From Eledone cirrhosa (lineage: Eukaryota), in contig OZ024742.1 of assembly GCA_964016885.1 (NCBI GenBank), forward strand, positions 277,698,001 through 277,762,000: a stretch of DNA of 64,000 nucleotides. Direction: 5' to 3'. The notes beneath the pieces were generated by a model, which saw only the letters and a list, made by a program, of their open reading frames with translations, was not told the origin of the DNA and made no database searches. The position numbers and the translations under genes were made by a program. Numbering within the stretch: the stretch's first letter is position 1; every line of letters starts with the position of its first letter. Of this stretch, positions 61,054 through 64,000 are shown one piece after another.

Positions 61054-64000
61054 GTGAATAAAAGAATGGATAAATAAAATAAAAAAAAAAATATATATAT
61101 AATGAAGAATAAAAAATAAATAAAAATAAACTAGGTGGGACGGAATTAAAGGGACCCTTATACGAGGTATAAGTGCGTGTATCGTACGGTGACGGGTCAA
61201 CAAAGGGGGGGGGGGAATACTAAAGAGACTACGACGAAATAATAAAGGTTTCTAGCCCAATCACAGGGCCAGCAAACCACCCAGAGCAAGAAAGTAAACT
61301 AGTACGAGAATATCATTCAGGGTCCCGCAAAAAAATACTCGTGCTAACTCTAAGGGTACCGCCACGAAACAAAAAGTCTTATACAAGCTACATGAAAGAT
61401 CATACGAAGTAAAAGTAAAGACGGAAAATTAATACAGAACCCCCCCCCCCCCCAAAAAAAAAAAAAAGAAAAAGGGAAAACGAGGAAAGAAATACTGGAT
61501 AAACGAGAAATTAAAGCAAAGATGCCACTAAGAAATATAGAAGGCACGGAAAAAAGGGACAGCGGTCGGAGACGGGGGCAAGTATCCGAGGTCTATCACC
61601 TCTGATATAAAAAGCGGAGTCAGCCAAATCTATCATAGAATAGGGGAGGGGGTGGTGGTGCTGAAGCTACAAGGGACCAAGGGGCTACCTCGGGTGGGCG
61701 AGAAAAAGACGACGACAAAGAAAGGGAACTGGGGTAGAATGACTAGGGAGGGATGGGGGGAAGGAGGAAATATAGAGGAAGCGATAAAAAAAGTAAAAGA
61801 AGATCATTACGTCTCCATTGGCAAGCAGGGGTTACCCCTTACAAAATAGGCAAGTGGGGTGTTATAGCCCTAGTCTACCCCCCCCGTGTCATTATGGGGT
61901 TTGAGGGCGAGGTAAGTCCTACGTAATCGGTGTTTACATGCAATAACCAGTTCATCTTTCTTGTTTAGGAGTTGGTCCGTCGAAAACAGCATTTGTAAAG
62001 TTTCCTCCGAGCATAAATTGCACGACGGCGTCCTCCCGTGTAAGAGTTGGCTCTGGACAGTAATTTCCAAGTGAGATCATAGTTGATGTTGTTGTCCTTG
62101 AGGTCCCATATGTGGCCCGAAAGTGTAGTGGCGTGACGCCGGGCCGGGTTTCGGAAGGTATGTCTGTTTTGGTATAGCCGGGTCTTGAAGTCACATGCGG
62201 TTAATCCTATATAAGCTTTGTTGGAGGTGTCCGTGCTCATGTTGCACTGGTAGATCACATTACGGTCTCTGCATCTGTTGTCGAGGGAGCAACTGGATCT
62301 ATCAGGACAGTTGCACCTCCTGGTCGGCTCTCCACTGCTATTTAGGTTGTTTCTTCCATCGGGGTTGAGTTTTTTGTTGTTGGAGGAGACGATGTTTTGT
62401 GCGAAGTTAGGTGTAGTGCTGTAAGAGAGTTTGATGGTATTTTTGTTAATTATGTTGTGGTAGCGGTGTTGTGGTGGGAAGTGTTTTTCAATAAGCCTGA
62501 AGAAAATTTTCCCGATGGGAGTTGTCACCTCGGCGTTGTGGGGAGGATTGAACCATGTTACATTGCGTGAGCGGCGGTGTCGCCTGCTGGTTCCGCTAAT
62601 GGGAGCTGGACAGTAGGATATTTCCTCCCGGAAGCCACTCCGCTTGAGGGCCTGGTTGTAGTAAGGCGCATGTTCATCGAATATCTTCTCATTGGCTGAC
62701 AAACGGGATATGCGGAGGGAGATGTTTTTGACCAGGTTGTTGGTGATGTTCCTAGGATGGTTAGATCGGCGGTGGATGTAGTGCAGGTTGTCATTGGGTT
62801 TCCTGTATGGGTAGTACAGGTCATTATTGAGATCGAGGGTAACGTCCAGGAAATTAACTCGGGTCAGGGACGTTTGTAGGGTTATTTTAAATCCCCAGTC
62901 GTGGAAGAAGCTGATTAATTGTTTATGGACCCGATCTGTACTACTGGGGTTGTACCCTTTAAGGGTAAGGAGCCCATCATCACGGTACAATCCACCACCG
63001 AAAGCAGGAAACATATCGGTGAGTTTGGTTATAAGGAATAATCCTATAAGATCTGTGACCTCCGCCGAATCCGTAGCGCCCATGCTGACGTCGAAGGGTG
63101 AGTCCGGAGCTCTTTTTATCCATTTGGAGTTGTCAAAGAGTAAGACTGTCTTCCTGGCGTGGAGGATGATTTTTCTTTCCTGGTCGGTGATGGGCACGAG
63201 TGCTTCGGCGAAGTCCAAGGCGGCAGTAAGTAGCGGTAAGGTGATAGAAGCATAGTAGCTCTCTATGTCGAACTGGATAAATTTAGTGTCTCGTTTATCC
63301 TCCATATTGCTGAACCATGAGATAACTTCCTGGGTGTTGATCCATAGGCTAAGTCGGGCGTGTTGCTTGACTTTTGGTATCACGCGGTCTAGGATTTTTT
63401 TGCTGATTCTCCCTATGTCGGACTTCGTTGGGTTTATAAGCCTGATAGATGGTTTACGGTCGAAATCGGATTTGTGGTCCTTCAGTGTGAAGTAGGGTGT
63501 CCGTGGGTCTAGGGTTCGGTGCGGTCGGCGACCCCGAGGCTGGAGGTAATTTGTTGTCCATCTCGATTAATGTCCTCGATGCATGAGTGGTTACCGTTTT
63601 TATAGGTGGAGTTTAGGCTGCTCCTGATCAGTGTGTGGTATCTGTCGGGGTTGACAAAGTATAGGTTCCCAGTTTTATCCGAATGCACCATGATGTCATT
63701 GGTGTTATCATACTCTGTTAAGTTGCTACGGAGTTTTTGTAGGAATCGGTTGTGTCTGGGTTTGAATTTAAGGTTCTTGACCAGTTGGAAGAGGTCATTC
63801 TCGAAGGGTGAGAGCAAAGGGTTCGGGGGGGGGGGGATTTGTAGGTAATAAATCCGAATCTCTCCTTGGTACCGAAGTCCTGATTGTCGCAAAATCTGTC
63901 GTAGAAAAAAATTCTCCATCTAAGTCTTTTCGCAAATAGAACGATTTTTTGCGTGAGCTCCGAAGGTAAAGTTTTTTCGGTGGGATTGGGATGTTCTTGG
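60581..64000 (-). mobile_element. Nematis-like PLE running off the window end, ~1.3-kb 3' UTR, 3' end in (TA)n
   Basis: Contains the ORF below; variant hammerhead at 60593-60686. Confidence 0.9.
61870..64000 (-). pseudogene. PLE RT plus GIY-YIG ORF with about three frameshifts
   Basis: SDKTGNLY, TLKDHK..RLINP, FDIESYYASI, VSMG, GLYRDDGL, VNFLDV, YIHRRSNHP, TWFNPP, CNC, VIY..YIG..FKTR, CNLCSEE, CKH. Confidence 0.92.

Overview
AT-rich, microsatellite-laden eukaryotic intergenic or intronic DNA. The SINE families and (TA)n/(CA)n/(TATG)n landscape resemble Octopus/cephalopod genomes (inference, not verified). Most ORFs in the track are simple-repeat artefacts. Real content: (1) many Penelope-like retroelements (PLEs; RT plus C-terminal GIY-YIG) and their short fold-back derivatives, inserted in (TA)n and carrying about 15 recognisable type-I hammerhead ribozyme motifs. 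These include a two-hammerhead 483-bp tandem unit that looks like a retrozyme and a clean U3-A8 core variant. (2) Eleven copies, plus one diverged relative, of a ~600-bp non-autonomous RTE-derived element with (ATGT)n tails. (3) Six antisense R4/Dong-like LINE copies whose 3' ends all sit in (TATG)n. (4) An endonuclease-deleted L1/Tx1 element and remnants. (5) tRNA-derived SINEs, two Tc1/mariner-type MITEs and large satellites. There is one candidate host terminal exon (Ser/Thr/Pro stalk plus hydrophobic tail) at 22208-22425. All calls were made by eye; no alignment or folding program was run, and element boundaries are approximate.
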